A DNA stretch of 64,000 bases from a virus: the IMG/VR virus record IMGVR_UViG_3300028591_000197. One strand, 5' to 3'. This document shows positions 14,301 to 25,420 of this stretch, in pieces. Made by a program: the position numbers and the translations under genes. The notes beneath the pieces were generated by a model, which worked only from the letters and a program-made list of their open reading frames with translations, had not been told where the DNA came from and ran no database searches. Each line of letters starts with the position of its first letter. Positions within the stretch are counted from its first letter, which is position 1.

Positions 14301-16656
14301 GGAGGCAATGGCAGACTTCTTAGTAAAAACGCCAGAATTTATGAACTTCATATGAGATTGGTTTAACTGAATGCTTTGGTCTTGGAAGTTAATAAGGTAT
14401 CAAGATAATGGAAAGTGGGAAGACTTAGACCAACCGCATTCAATTATGGACTTCTTAGAGTTCTTAACAGATAACTTTAGTGAGATGGCAGGAATGATAT
14501 TTACAAATGCTAATCTTACATCTCAATGGCTACAAGGTATTGAGTCTTATGGAATTGCTAGACCAGTAATTGAAGCTATTGGTTCTATGTATTTAAGTAG
14601 TCAAAATCCAACTATATATAAAGATACTTGGTGAGTTTGAGCATTGTTTAATTCTATTGGTAAAAACTTTGGAAGACAATGGAAGACTAGAAACTTCATA
14701 TTTAAGCTTCTTTGAGTACGAAGGACTGACTGAGCTTCTTGAGTTGAGGCATTTATTCAAAACGAATTATGGAAATTATCTTGAGGTTCTGTTAGATATA
14801 TGGTAACCGAAGATATGAATTCTTATTGATATACAATGGAAATGACTTGAGAAGAGTGAGGTTGAATCCCTTCTCTATTCTTATGAGAAGCTCCTATTGG
14901 TTCAGATAAGACATTTATGTATGAATTAGATAATACAGAGGTTTGGGAAACTATAAAGTTATTGTTTGATGATGATTTAGCTTGGAGTGATAAAAAAGCT
15001 TATGCAAGTAATCTTACTAGATGATTAGTTAATTCATCTCAATTACTTTCTGCTGGATATAATTCTTGAAAGCTGTGGCATTGAGAAGATTTTACTCATC
15101 CATTTACAGAGAGTGATTTAGCAGGAGTTCTTACAAAGACAGAATATTGAAAAGAATTCTATAGGAAGTGATTAGTAACTCCAAAGAATCCAGATGATGC
15201 TAGAACATTCTATGACCAGCTTACTAAGAATTGACAATATAGGCCTTGAAGTGAAAGCTTTAACACATCCATAGAGAACTTTAACAAGACTTGACATATG
15301 GATGGAAAGGATTGAAAAGAGGCAGACAAGGAAATGGAACTTTGGTTAAATCATATGAAGTATTCAACTAATGAACATTGAGAATATATCCTTAAAAGTT
15401 GAAAGAAAGTTGAAGATAAAGCTTGGACAATGCTTATGCAAGACATTAAATCACATTATTATGACCAAGATTATGTTACAGATTTAGTATATCAATATTC
15501 ACAGAAATGGTTAGATGTACATTCTAGTGACCCTAATTATCCTCTATATCTTAAGATGTTGTGACAATGAGCTGCTTATAGGCTTATTCAAGATTGATTA
15601 AATAGAGAAAAAGAGCTCCTTAATATCTTTGGTGGTAAAAAGGCTAATGAAAAATGGGATTTAAATGAACTTAAAAAGGCTTGATACTTGGATGATTTAA
15701 TCTTTAAAGTTTGAAATAGCAAAATTCTTTGAGGAGATGAAACATATTTCGAGAGATTGCAAGCTCTAGACCAAGATGCAGCAATTGATGCTTCTTTGAT
15801 GCTAGCAGCACAGCAAGTAAAAGATGAAACGGATAAAAAAACTTTGGAAAAGTTCTTTAAGATTGTCGAGGAAGATGATTGAACAGGAGAAAAAATTAAA
15901 TCTATTCAATTTGAAAAACAATATCTTGCACAGCTAAGACAGCTATGAGCTATGGAGATTGCTAAAGATGAATGAAATTTAGAAAGATTTATAGCTGAAG
16001 CTGCAAACATAACTAATATGTTTAGCAACGATGACCCAACTTGAGTTGTAACGGCTAGCTTAATTGATTCTATTTATGAGAGAATTAATTCGTCTAACTT
16101 ATCTTGAGCACAAAAGGTTGAGGCTATGGCGGCTTTATTTCATCATAACAAAGATTTAATTCAGCGTAATCCTGAATTAATGAGAGAATACTTATGAGAT
16201 GATTATGATAAGTATGCTAAATATATGAATACAATTTTGTACTGATGGGATTGACAACTTATCTCTACAATCGATAGTATGATTACAAGTAATGATGATG
16301 ACACAAAGAGCACTTCTTGAAAGTGAGCTTCATTATCTTCAGCATTTAAAAGTACTTGAATGAAGCTTTGAGGAAACAATTATTCACAGTCTGTGACTAC
16401 TTGAAGCTGAGAATACAAACAATGGATTCCTATCACTATTGGTTGAGCAGAATTAGTTAGAGCTCTTTGAGTTAAGTGATATACTCCAGATGTGTCAAAG
16501 GTTAAAGTTAATAGTTATAAACCTCACGTTGACTTCTCTATTAAGAAAGATGTTAACAGAAGTGTTAATTGACCAAAAACACAACAGATATCAAATAAGA
16601 AACAATTAAGCAATCTTACGAAGAAAGCTAAGAAGGCACTTGAAGCAGAAAATTAA
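8353..16656 (+). CDS. giant protein 2 (about 2767 aa), unknown function; candidate ejected or internal virion protein
   Basis: I walked the frame codon by codon from ATG 8353 to TAA 16654-16656 and met no TAA or TAG, but well over 150 TGA codons. Track ORFs 10051.. and 14371.. lie in the same frame. Confidence 0.6.
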
Positions 16657-16660
16657 TAAG

Positions 16661-16730
16661 ACACACAGACATACTCGGGTGGAACAATCCTCCACTCGAG
16701 GTGATGTATGTGTCTTAAAATATTTTTGAT
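16661..16730 (+). terminator. rho-independent terminator after giant ORF 2
   Basis: Long hairpin (gacacacagacatac-tcgggtgga...tccactcgag-gtgatgtatgtgtc) followed by ttaaaatattttt. Confidence 0.5.
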
Positions 16731-16811
16731 GACGGTAGTACCTGATATTTCCTTTTATATTTTATGCCAATAAAAATGTGAATTGATGTAAATCAGATGG
16801 AGGAGGATGTT

Positions 16812-17098
16812 ATGACAGAACACGTTGCTCCAGAAAATGAAAAGGCTAGGGAAATGCTAGACAGAATTGTTCAACAAGAGTTATGAATGTCTGCTCAAGA
16901 GCTTTACCTTAGATGACTTGTACAAGAAATTAAACGTTTACAAGAGACACAAGAGAAGTGATACGAAGAAAAACTTTTAAAGTATTACAAAGAAATTGAC
17001 AATATATGCTGATTTTCTAAGGACAAGAGAGATGTTAAAATCGAAACTAAACTTAGAAGTACAGCTGACATTTTTAATTCTACAACTCTTAACTAATG
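16812..17098 (+). CDS. hypothetical protein (about 95 aa)
   Basis: The ATG is preceded by ggaggagga. Its stop overlaps the next ATG (ctaATGg). Confidence 0.45.
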
Positions 17099-19143
17099 GA
17101 AAATATAGATAGCGAAGTTAAAAAACAAGAGCAGGAGAGAAAAAATAAAATCTACCAAGACAATTCTACCGACTCTGAGCGCACCATCTATGGAAAATTA
17201 AAGAAAATCTTGTATCACTTTAGAGACAACATCTTTCCAGAATGGTTTGATGTAGTTAAAATGGATAAACTTTATTCTAAAGAATATGAGGCTTGACTTA
17301 AAAGACATAATATGCAATACAAATCAGCTAAGATTTATCCACTTATAACTTCTATCCACGATACATTTATGGCTTCATTGTACGACAATGACCTTCGTCC
17401 TAAAGTGTTTCCTATGGAAGAAGTAGACCCACAAATTGTTGATGATGCCCAGTTATTCTTCCAATGGGGTACTGAGATATCAGAGACAGAACAAACTAAT
17501 GAAATTATTAGAAATGAAGCTTCATTGATTTGAGCATCTTATGGTATGCCAGGTTATACTACAAGTATAATGAAGAATGATGACTGAGAAAATGTAGTTA
17601 CATTCATTCCTTGTTTATTCCCTGTGTCTGCATTTGAAATGTTCTATAGTGTTTGAGCAACAGACTTTTATAAGGCCCCAGAGAAATTTAGGAGAAGGTT
17701 TATCCCATTTGATTGATTAAAGGATGCCTTCTATCCTATATGGGATTGAAAAGATTGAATGTGAAAACAATTAGAGAAAAAGAAGTCCGCTATCCTAGAA
17801 GCACCTATGCCACTTAGTAAAGCAGATTTTACGAAGATATATGACATTGATGCATACTCACAAACATATTTATGATACTTGGGTGATGGAACTGCTACGG
17901 GTATGATTTATGATGATACATTTAACATCTTGGATAGCTCTAGTTACTGTGAAGTAATTGACCTATATATAGGCGATAAGCTTATGGTTATGGTGAATGG
18001 TTATTTTGTTTATTCTGGAGAAAGTCCTTTCAAATATTGAGAAGACTTTGCTATTACAGGGAAGGACGGGCCATTTATTGAGCTAACATTTGAGAAATGA
18101 GTTGGATGTATTCCTAGTGGAATTGGTAAGAAAATTATGGGACACCAGAAACAGTGTAATGCTCTATATAATTCTTTAGCAGATGCTATGTATAGACATC
18201 TTAATCCTGTATTAGCAGCTGTTCAGTGAGCGATTACTGACCCTACTACAGGTAATGCCCCTACATCTATTGGATATGATGAGTGAAAAGTTTACTCAAT
18301 CAATCCTTCATATGCAGGAATGAATAATGCAATCACAAAAATAGACTTTACTGATTACAACATTCTTCAGTTAGCTATGAATCACTTTGAGAATATCAAA
18401 GCTGATGCCTATACAATTTGTTGAGTTAACTCATATGTTCTTGGTTGAGAATGAAAAATTGAACGTTCTCGTTACTGAGCAGAACAGAGAGTTAATGCTT
18501 CAAAAGCTAGACTTAGTCCTATGATTAAATCTATAGGTAGATTTTATGCTAAGTTATTCTACCATTGGCTATGACTTGCTAAGCAGAGTTGAGCTAGTGT
18601 AGCTTATGTACAGAACGAAGACGAAGAATATGTAATCAATCTTTCTGAACTAGATAAGAAGTTTAAGATTGTATGTTCTGCAGATATTTGAGTAGAGGAA
18701 ACTAAAGCTTCTAAAGTTCAGTGACTTCTTACTATGATGCAGAATACTTCAGCATTTGCTACAAATCCTATTACAGGATTGCCAGATATTGATAATAAAG
18801 CATTCCTTGAAAGTGTTGCAGATTATGCAGGGCTTAAAGGATTTAAGGCTATGACAACTGATGAGCAGAAGCAATATATTGATGAAAGTTATCAAATTAA
18901 AGATTATATACAAAAGAAAGAAATAGAGGCACAGAAGCAAGTACAAGAAGCTCAGCCTCAACAACAGCAACAACCACAGGCTATGCCAACTACCAATGGT
19001 CAGCCTAGTGAAGAAGAAATAGCTATGATGATGCAACAAGCTCAAGCAGCTAATCCAGAACAATCAACATTACCTTATGTAAATTCACAGTACCCAGAGG
19101 TGGTAGATGAAAGCCAATTAGACTTTGTAATGCCTCAATAATA
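17096..19143 (+). CDS. putative portal protein (about 681 aa)
   Basis: Track ORFs 17096.., 17312.. and 18734.. are one frame once TGA is read through. Size, position (upstream of the scaffold-MCP pair) and a Q-rich acidic C-terminus (QPQQQQQPQAMPTTNGQPSEEE) all fit a portal. Confidence 0.4.
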
Positions 19144-19151
19144 TTAAATAA

Positions 19152-19190
19152 AAGCCCAGGTGTTAGCTTGGGTTTTTTATTTTAATTCAA
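19152..19190 (+). terminator. probable terminator after the portal gene
   Basis: Hairpin aagcccaggtgttagcttgggtt followed by ttttatttt. Confidence 0.35.
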
Positions 19191-19216
19191 AAAGTTATAG
19201 CGAAAAGCCTAAATTT

Positions 19217-19232
19217 TATAATCTATATATAG
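19217..19232 (+). promoter_or_regulatory. conserved promoter-like motif copy 2 (TATAATCTATATATAG), upstream of the scaffold/MCP genes
   Basis: Exact 16-mer preceded by a T-tract, with an immediate downstream hairpin gaaaagg...ccttttc. Confidence 0.55.
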
Positions 19233-19375
19233 AAAAGGTGATAATTGGACGCCTTTTCGTAAGTGATGCGTAGACGCATAATGGTGATGGTGGTTGAATG
19301 GATTAGCTAGCTATGGGATAGTACTTCGAGTTGGTAGGCGAAGGAAGCGACATAGTCTACACATAGCTAGCAATA
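19233..19375 (+). other. structured 5' leader: hairpin 19233-19259; palindrome atgcgt-ag-acgcat; long-range stem tagctagctatg/catagctagc enclosing a tRNA D-arm-like hairpin cttcg-AGTTGGTAGG-cgaag
   Basis: Inverted repeats read directly from the sequence. The loop AGTTGGTAG matches the canonical tRNA D-loop, but I could not build a full cloverleaf. Confidence 0.3.
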
Positions 19376-19408
19376 TCTATTCGTATTTTAATTCATAAAC
19401 TTTTGATT

Positions 19409-20314
19409 ATGAACGGGGAAGAAACCACAACAATTGGACAAGTAGCCGAAAGTCAGGCTAATATATCCAATCCAACTGAAACTGCTCCAGTAGCAGAACA
19501 GCCTGCTCAGCCTGTACAACAACCCGAGCAACCTGCAGTTGAGGAAAACAACTGAACTTGAACTTCAAGTTGAGATGTGCAAACAACTCAAACAGCCGAA
19601 GCTCCTAATCCAGACGATGTCTTAGACCAGGTTAATGCAATACTTAACGAGGATAAAACATTAGAGTCTGTGGCACAGGAGACTGAGGAATCACAAAATC
19701 AGAAGGAGAATGAAGCAGCTCTAGCTGATATTGTTAAAGAACAAACAAAAGACCTTCCATCCGAAGAGCCAAAGGATGTAAATACCGAGGCAACTTCTTC
19801 TACTGAAGAATCAGATAAGCTTGACGAAGAGTTAAAGCAATGACTTGAAGATATCAAAGATAAGAAGTCTGCGGAAGATATGGCTAAGAAAGTTTATCTA
19901 GCTTTCCAAAAAGAACGTAGTATGCACCAGTTCGATAACGAGCAGAATAAAAATACTATAGATATTCTTAAAGGGATGGTTAGAAAATTAAATGAACAAG
20001 TTACTACGGCTGATAATGACCCGAGAGTAACGAAACTTGATGACGAATTCTATACTCTCTGGAGATTAGAACAGTCGTACAAAAAAGATAAGAGCGATGC
20101 TAGTAGAAAGAATTTAACTCGCTACTATGTTGCTAAGTTGGCAGTAATGAATCCTTCATTAAATGCCAATCAAATAATGGATGTTTTTGAAAAACCTTCA
20201 TTAAAATCAAACACTATGTGAGAAGGTAGCCCTACGTCTGCTCCTGTAGCTGAAGTAGTTAAGCCTACTCCAACTCCTATGGGCGTTCCTCTTCGTAAGA
20301 GATGAATGTTCTAG
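19409..20314 (+). CDS. acidic, helical scaffold-like protein (about 301 aa)
   Basis: ATG at 19409, with track ORFs 19577.. and 19880.. in its frame. It is E/D/Q-rich and sits between the portal and MCP. It ends with TAG at about 20312-20314. Confidence 0.45.
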
Positions 20315-20378
20315 AGTTAATTATTTATCTAATTAACGGTGAGCCGCGCTTGGAATAGCGTGAGCTTTTTTCTTTTTA

Positions 20379-20399
20379 TTTTTAATAGGTTAATTAAAT
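20379..20399. repeat. 21-nt exact repeat TTTTTAATAGGTTAATTAAAT abutting the MCP start codon; the second copy at 57498-57518 abuts the SSB start codon in inverted gene-relative orientation
   Basis: Exact match seen in the sequence at both sites. Confidence 0.5.
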
Positions 20400-21945
20400 G
20401 GCAGGAACAACTGTTTGTAATCCTTGCGATGCAGCTGGATTGGCTGCTGACTACAGACCAGATTGTGCTGAAGGACTTTCTGGAAAGAGCATTGAATTAC
20501 AGAAAATTTTGAACCCATTATATGCTAATGGACGTGTTTTGGAAACTTGGGGACAGTATGAAGATTTCCTAAGATATGAAACAATCTTCTTCGATGTAGT
20601 ACCTCAAAAAGACCCTACAACAGGAGAAGTATACGTAACTTATAAATTCAAAGATGGTTTAGCTGCTTCTAGCGAACTAACTTTGGTTGATTGTGAATGT
20701 AAAGTAGGTTGGTATGAACCAAGAATTTGTGGTGACGAAACTAAAGTAGCTGAAGCTGCTGAAGTTGGAGCTACTGCAATCGTTGTTGAATCTTTGGCTC
20801 CATTAGGAGGAGTTGACAGAGATTCTACAATCCTAGTTATGAGACAAGGTGGAAATCCAGTTAATGGACTTTACATCGACCACATTGATAGTGCTACAAA
20901 TACTATCTACTTAAAGAGACCTTTGACAGTTGCTTTAGCTGTTGGAGACAAAGTTCGTAGAGGAGCTTACTTAAGAGACAGAAGTTGTGAAACTGAAATC
21001 TATAATCCAGTAGAATTAGGAGGATTAGATTACTATTCTGCTTTCTTCAGAACTATCTCTATTTCTCACGAATTTAATTGGTGTGATTTGAACAAAGACT
21101 ACCTTATCTCTGGAGGAATCCAAGCTATCGTAGATGCTATGTTCAGAAAAGGAGACATCGAAGCTATTAAAGAATTCTTACACGCTGCTTTCTATGATAG
21201 AAACATCCAAGTTTCTGCTCATAAATGGGAGACTATGGGACTTTTCCCTGCTCTTGCTAGAGCTCAAGCAAATGGATTAAAGATTGCTTTCGACCTAGAA
21301 GGATGCTGCGACGAATCAGCTTCTGAATGTGTAAATGCTAGACATCAAATTCAATCTTTCTTGGATATCGTAATCAATAAAGCTACTGTATCTGGAATGT
21401 ACAAAAACAACGTAACTGTTGCTATGAACAAGAAAGCTATGGAAGGATTACATATGATGCAAGGATATTTCCAAGATTATGGAAATGTTGGATTCTTAGA
21501 TGGAAGCCAATTCGATATCGATGTTGGATTACCAAGAATTAGATATGCTGGTATTACTATCACTTTCAAATACTTGCCAATCCTTAACGATTTCGACTTC
21601 TCTGTAATGTTAACAATCCCTGAAGATAAAGTTGGAGTATTCCAGCCTAAATACACTGTAGTTGACACTAACGGAAAAGTTGTAGCTAATGCTAACATTA
21701 ACGGATACATCTCAAAAGGAACTCCTATGTTGAGATACTTACCAGATAATCCTTACAATATCTGAGCACAGCTTGGAGAATGTAACAAGATTGTTGGAGA
21801 TGTTAAATTCGCTGTAGTATGGATGTGAGTAGATAAAGGAGCTTATAGATTCATTAAGAACTTTGGTTCTTGTGTTCTTAACGCTTGTGATGTATGCTCA
21901 TTAGAAGATGTAGATGTAATTGATGGTGAACTCGATGTAGACTAA
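20398..21945 (+). CDS. putative major capsid protein (about 515 aa)
   Basis: This is the only long standard-code ORF (455 codons with no TGA). TGA codons at 21766 and 21829 are read through to TAA at 21943-21945. A scaffold-like gene lies just upstream and a strong terminator downstream. There is no TGA in 455 codons although TGA is frequent in the other structural genes. Confidence 0.55.
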
Positions 21946-21959
21946 TATAGTCTTTCAAA

Positions 21960-21998
21960 GTGGGAGGGCTTAACTTAGCCTTCCCATTTTCTTTACTT
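21960..21998 (+). terminator. rho-independent terminator after the MCP gene
   Basis: Stem tgggagggct-taact-tagccttccca followed by ttttcttt. Confidence 0.6.
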
Positions 21999-22015
21999 GA
22001 AAAATAACAAAGCTG

Positions 22016-22665
22016 AATGAAGGTAAAAGATATTTACAGCTGAACTAATATAACCGATAGTGGTTGTGAAAGTAAGATAGCGAGATTTAATGATATCCTA
22101 TCCAGCTTTGCAATAGAGGTCTTTGACTTCTACCCTAGAAAAGTTATGGAGAGATTTACTCCTGTTGATGGGACTTATACAACAAAGTATCCTATTGCTA
22201 AAGTGCGAGGGTTCTTTGGTAAAGGTTGTAAAATATGATGTAGTTTAGACCCAAAAGACTGTTGTGCTTGATACAAGAGACTTTTGATGGAGGAATTATA
22301 TTGAGATAGTTTGAGTGATTTGGATGCAAATAGTTATTCTATTGTATTCGATAACGATAAAGAATGAGAACAAGTAATTGATACTATCAACTTTAAGCTG
22401 CCTTGTGGAACAGATGATGTTCTTATTATCTATTCTAAATGATTCCCTAAAGTTACTTCATTAGACCAGGATATCGATATTGATAGATATACTCTTTCTT
22501 TGTTGAGGTTATATATGAAATCTGAATATGCCTTAGAAGGAGAAAGCGACATCAATATGTCCGCTAACTACTATAGTAGGTTCCAGACAAAATTAAAAAG
22601 ATTAAAGGAGATGTTCGACAATAGTCTTAAATACATCGTTCCTTGAGCTTTAAATGCTGCTAATA
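22016..22665 (+). CDS. hypothetical protein (about 216 aa), Cys-containing
   Basis: Continuous frame from ATG 22016 to TAA 22663-22665 with TGA read as sense. Confidence 0.4.
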
Positions 22666-25044
22666 GATAAAATGGCACAACAAGATAAAACAGATTGGTA
22701 TTGGAATGGGGTGCTTGCGGGTGCTGTTAATAATCTATATTATGACTTTATTAATGTAGATGTGGTACATACACCATATGCTACTCACAATAGAAATTCC
22801 TCATTCTTTTTGCAAACTAGAAGAAATTATACTCCATCTTTTAAGTGGGATAAAGTTGCTATGGATAACCACAAAGAGCGAGATGTTATGGATGTAAAAT
22901 ATGTTTGGGATAGTACTTGTTCTAAAGAAAAAGGTAATGTATTTGTTCTTCTAGCTAACAAAGCGAGAAATAGAATTAGAATTCATAGAGCTAAAATAGA
23001 AGACGGATGTGTTCAGGATTTTGATTGGAATAGGCAATGATGACGTGAAATGGTTGTTAGTTGATGTTGAGCTTTCAAACTTTTCACTACAGACTATGTA
23101 AAATGAAAGATGCGTACTCCTTGAGATGTTAAAGATGACACGGGGATTTGAACTCCTGAGTCTACTTGAGGATATGATGGAATTATGATGAATAGGATAG
23201 TAGCTTGAACTACTCGTGGATATTTTACAGATGTGAATGTAAAAAACTGAACAGAAAAATTTATTTCTCGTGGACAAGACGAAGACGACCCAGAAAGATG
23301 ATATGCTGTAGGAGATTATATATTAGTTTACGATTCTCGTAATAGTAATGGAGATTGAATTCCTTGACAAGTAAGAATGATTATTTGAATGGAATGAGGT
23401 AAGCTAATGGTAAGTGAACCTTGGCAATGATTAAAAACTCCAGAAGGAGATGTTGAATGGGTTGAATGAAAATGAGTTAAATATGCTATCTTCCCAGAAT
23501 GGGGAGAGGTCGTATGATTTACTCAATGAAGAAATATATATATAGTAAATGATGCTGATGCGACATCAAATTGGAAACAAGAAGTTTATGACCAATCGTG
23601 ATTAGCTTATACAAGCATATTATCTATAGCTGACATTAGTGATAAAATATTTGTCTTAACTGACAACTGATATATCCACTTTTCTACAGAGGCTTGATTT
23701 GATAAATTCTATATCAATGACACGTCACAATATATATGAGCCGACAAATCTTCTATAGTTGGGTATAAAGATATGATTATTGCTTTCTGAGATAGACATA
23801 TTGCGGTATGAATTATGGACGAAAGTAACGAAAGGCTTAGTGTATATAATCAATCTAATACAGTATGAATATGGAGTAGATATGCTTACACAGAATATGA
23901 TTGAGATTTAATTTTTGTTTCTAACGACAAGAGGTTATTGGCATTATGAAATGCTAGTAATGTTTGAAGATATATGCTTCAATATGAAGATGTGTGAGAT
24001 ATGATAAATTGAAAATTATCTACACTCATTGTTTGAGATGAAGTATTTCTTTGAAGCGATGAAAATGATTTAAAAATATTCCTTCAAACAAAGTCTAGAC
24101 CATTCTATAATATACATTGAGACTTTAGGGCAGACTTAAGTGAATGAGCATATTTATATGAAGACTGAAGTAAGGCTTGAGAAAATAGTTATAGGCAAGA
24201 GAATACGATGACTCGTATTATTAAATTTGATAACCTATTCAAAGTTTGGACAGAGGATTGGGTACAATGAATTCTTCTACAATGAGTAGAATGATGAATC
24301 TATTTCGGAGAAAGTTGATTGTATCAAAGGTCAATGTGAAGATATGATAACAAGTGAAATATAGCTGCTGATTCATATCCATTTAAAACATATATATCTG
24401 CATATTTAATCGAGAATGAAAGTGATTGGGTGTGATGAACAAATAGTTGGTTGGCAAATAGACCTAAATTATACAACTTGTCTAAATTAAATAGGCTTAT
24501 TACAATTCTTTGACCTTGAACATATACTAACTGAAGCATTATTAGAGTTACTTCATATATAAAATGATTATGAACTGTTTATGAATTCCCTATTGATTGA
24601 GATTGAAATGATTGGCTATGACTAATTACAACAAAATATAGTGGAGAAAGATTTGATTGAGATGACGAGAAGAAGCTAGAGTGTATGGCTTCTGTATTAC
24701 AAGATAATAAGAAATCATATCAACCAACTTGTGTGTGAACTCCAAATGCTGCTATACAAAATATAGCACAACAACAGCCTTGGTGTGACAATTATTCAGA
24801 GCTACAAGTGCTAGATAAGTGAGTTTGTATAGACGATAGTTTGTATGAATTTGCACCTACTATGCCTTTAGCTACTGATTTATGAGAAAACCAAGATTAT
24901 GCTACACAAATCAAATTAGAGCTAGTTTGACAAAGTTGAGATAAAATATCTTTTGGAGGTTGGCTTTGAGAGATGTTTGTAGCTCCTTTATTTACAAAGT
25001 GACCAGATTGAGAATATCAATTAAAACCAAATACTAATTGTTAA
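22654..25044 (+). CDS. large structural protein (about 795 aa), unknown function
   Basis: Track ORF 22654..23040 continues through the TGA at 23038 to TAA at 25042-25044. I walked the frame. The real start may be the ATG at 22672. Confidence 0.5.
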
Positions 25045-25087
25045 TCTTATTAGCCCTCTGGTCGTTTTACATTATGTTATAATACAT

Positions 25088-25420
25088 ATGAACGAATTAG
25101 ATGCCATACAACAACAAATGGCCGCTCTAGGTATTGATGTGTCTCCTGAGACACAAGCACAGGCCCCTATGTATGATGAAGCTGCTTGACTTACTCCAGA
25201 AGAGGAAGCGATGTTCGCTCCAGGATGAGAGTTAGCAGTGGAAGAAGTTGTGGAAGAAGTTCCTACAGAGGGAGAGCTTGAAATGCCAGCTTACGATATC
25301 GAAGAGCTTAAAATCGACATTCAACCTATGTTGCAATGACTTCCTAAGGAAGAATTTGCTAACTTGATTATTTGGATGGCGGAACAGTTTAATTTATTAA
25401 ATTCAGAAAACAATGCCTAG
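25088..25420 (+). CDS. small acidic protein (about 110 aa)
   Basis: ATG at 25088 and TAG at 25418-25420. The next gene's ATG overlaps (aATGcctag). Confidence 0.45.

Noticed and set aside
5351-16656. TGA = Trp (table 4, Mycoplasma/Spiroplasma phage) as the recoding
   Set aside because: It would give about 8.5% Trp in the giant ORFs and WW dipeptides. It would turn the TerL P-loop into WPRWWGKS. Gly fits every conserved context.
17096-19143. Treating the portal call as certain
   Set aside because: The assignment rests on size, position and the Q-rich acidic tail only. It is retained as putative at 0.4.
19299-19372. Calling the 19.3-kb structure a bona fide tRNA gene
   Set aside because: The acceptor-like stem and the D-loop consensus are present, but no T-arm (GTTCRANYC) or anticodon arm can be placed and the length is wrong. 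Kept only as a structured leader.
20398-21765. Standard-code annotation of the 455-aa ORF ending at TGA 21765, and of all the short track ORFs, as complete genes
   Set aside because: TGA is a sense codon throughout. The frame continues to TAA at 21943-21945. Most track ORFs are fragments of longer table-25 genes.
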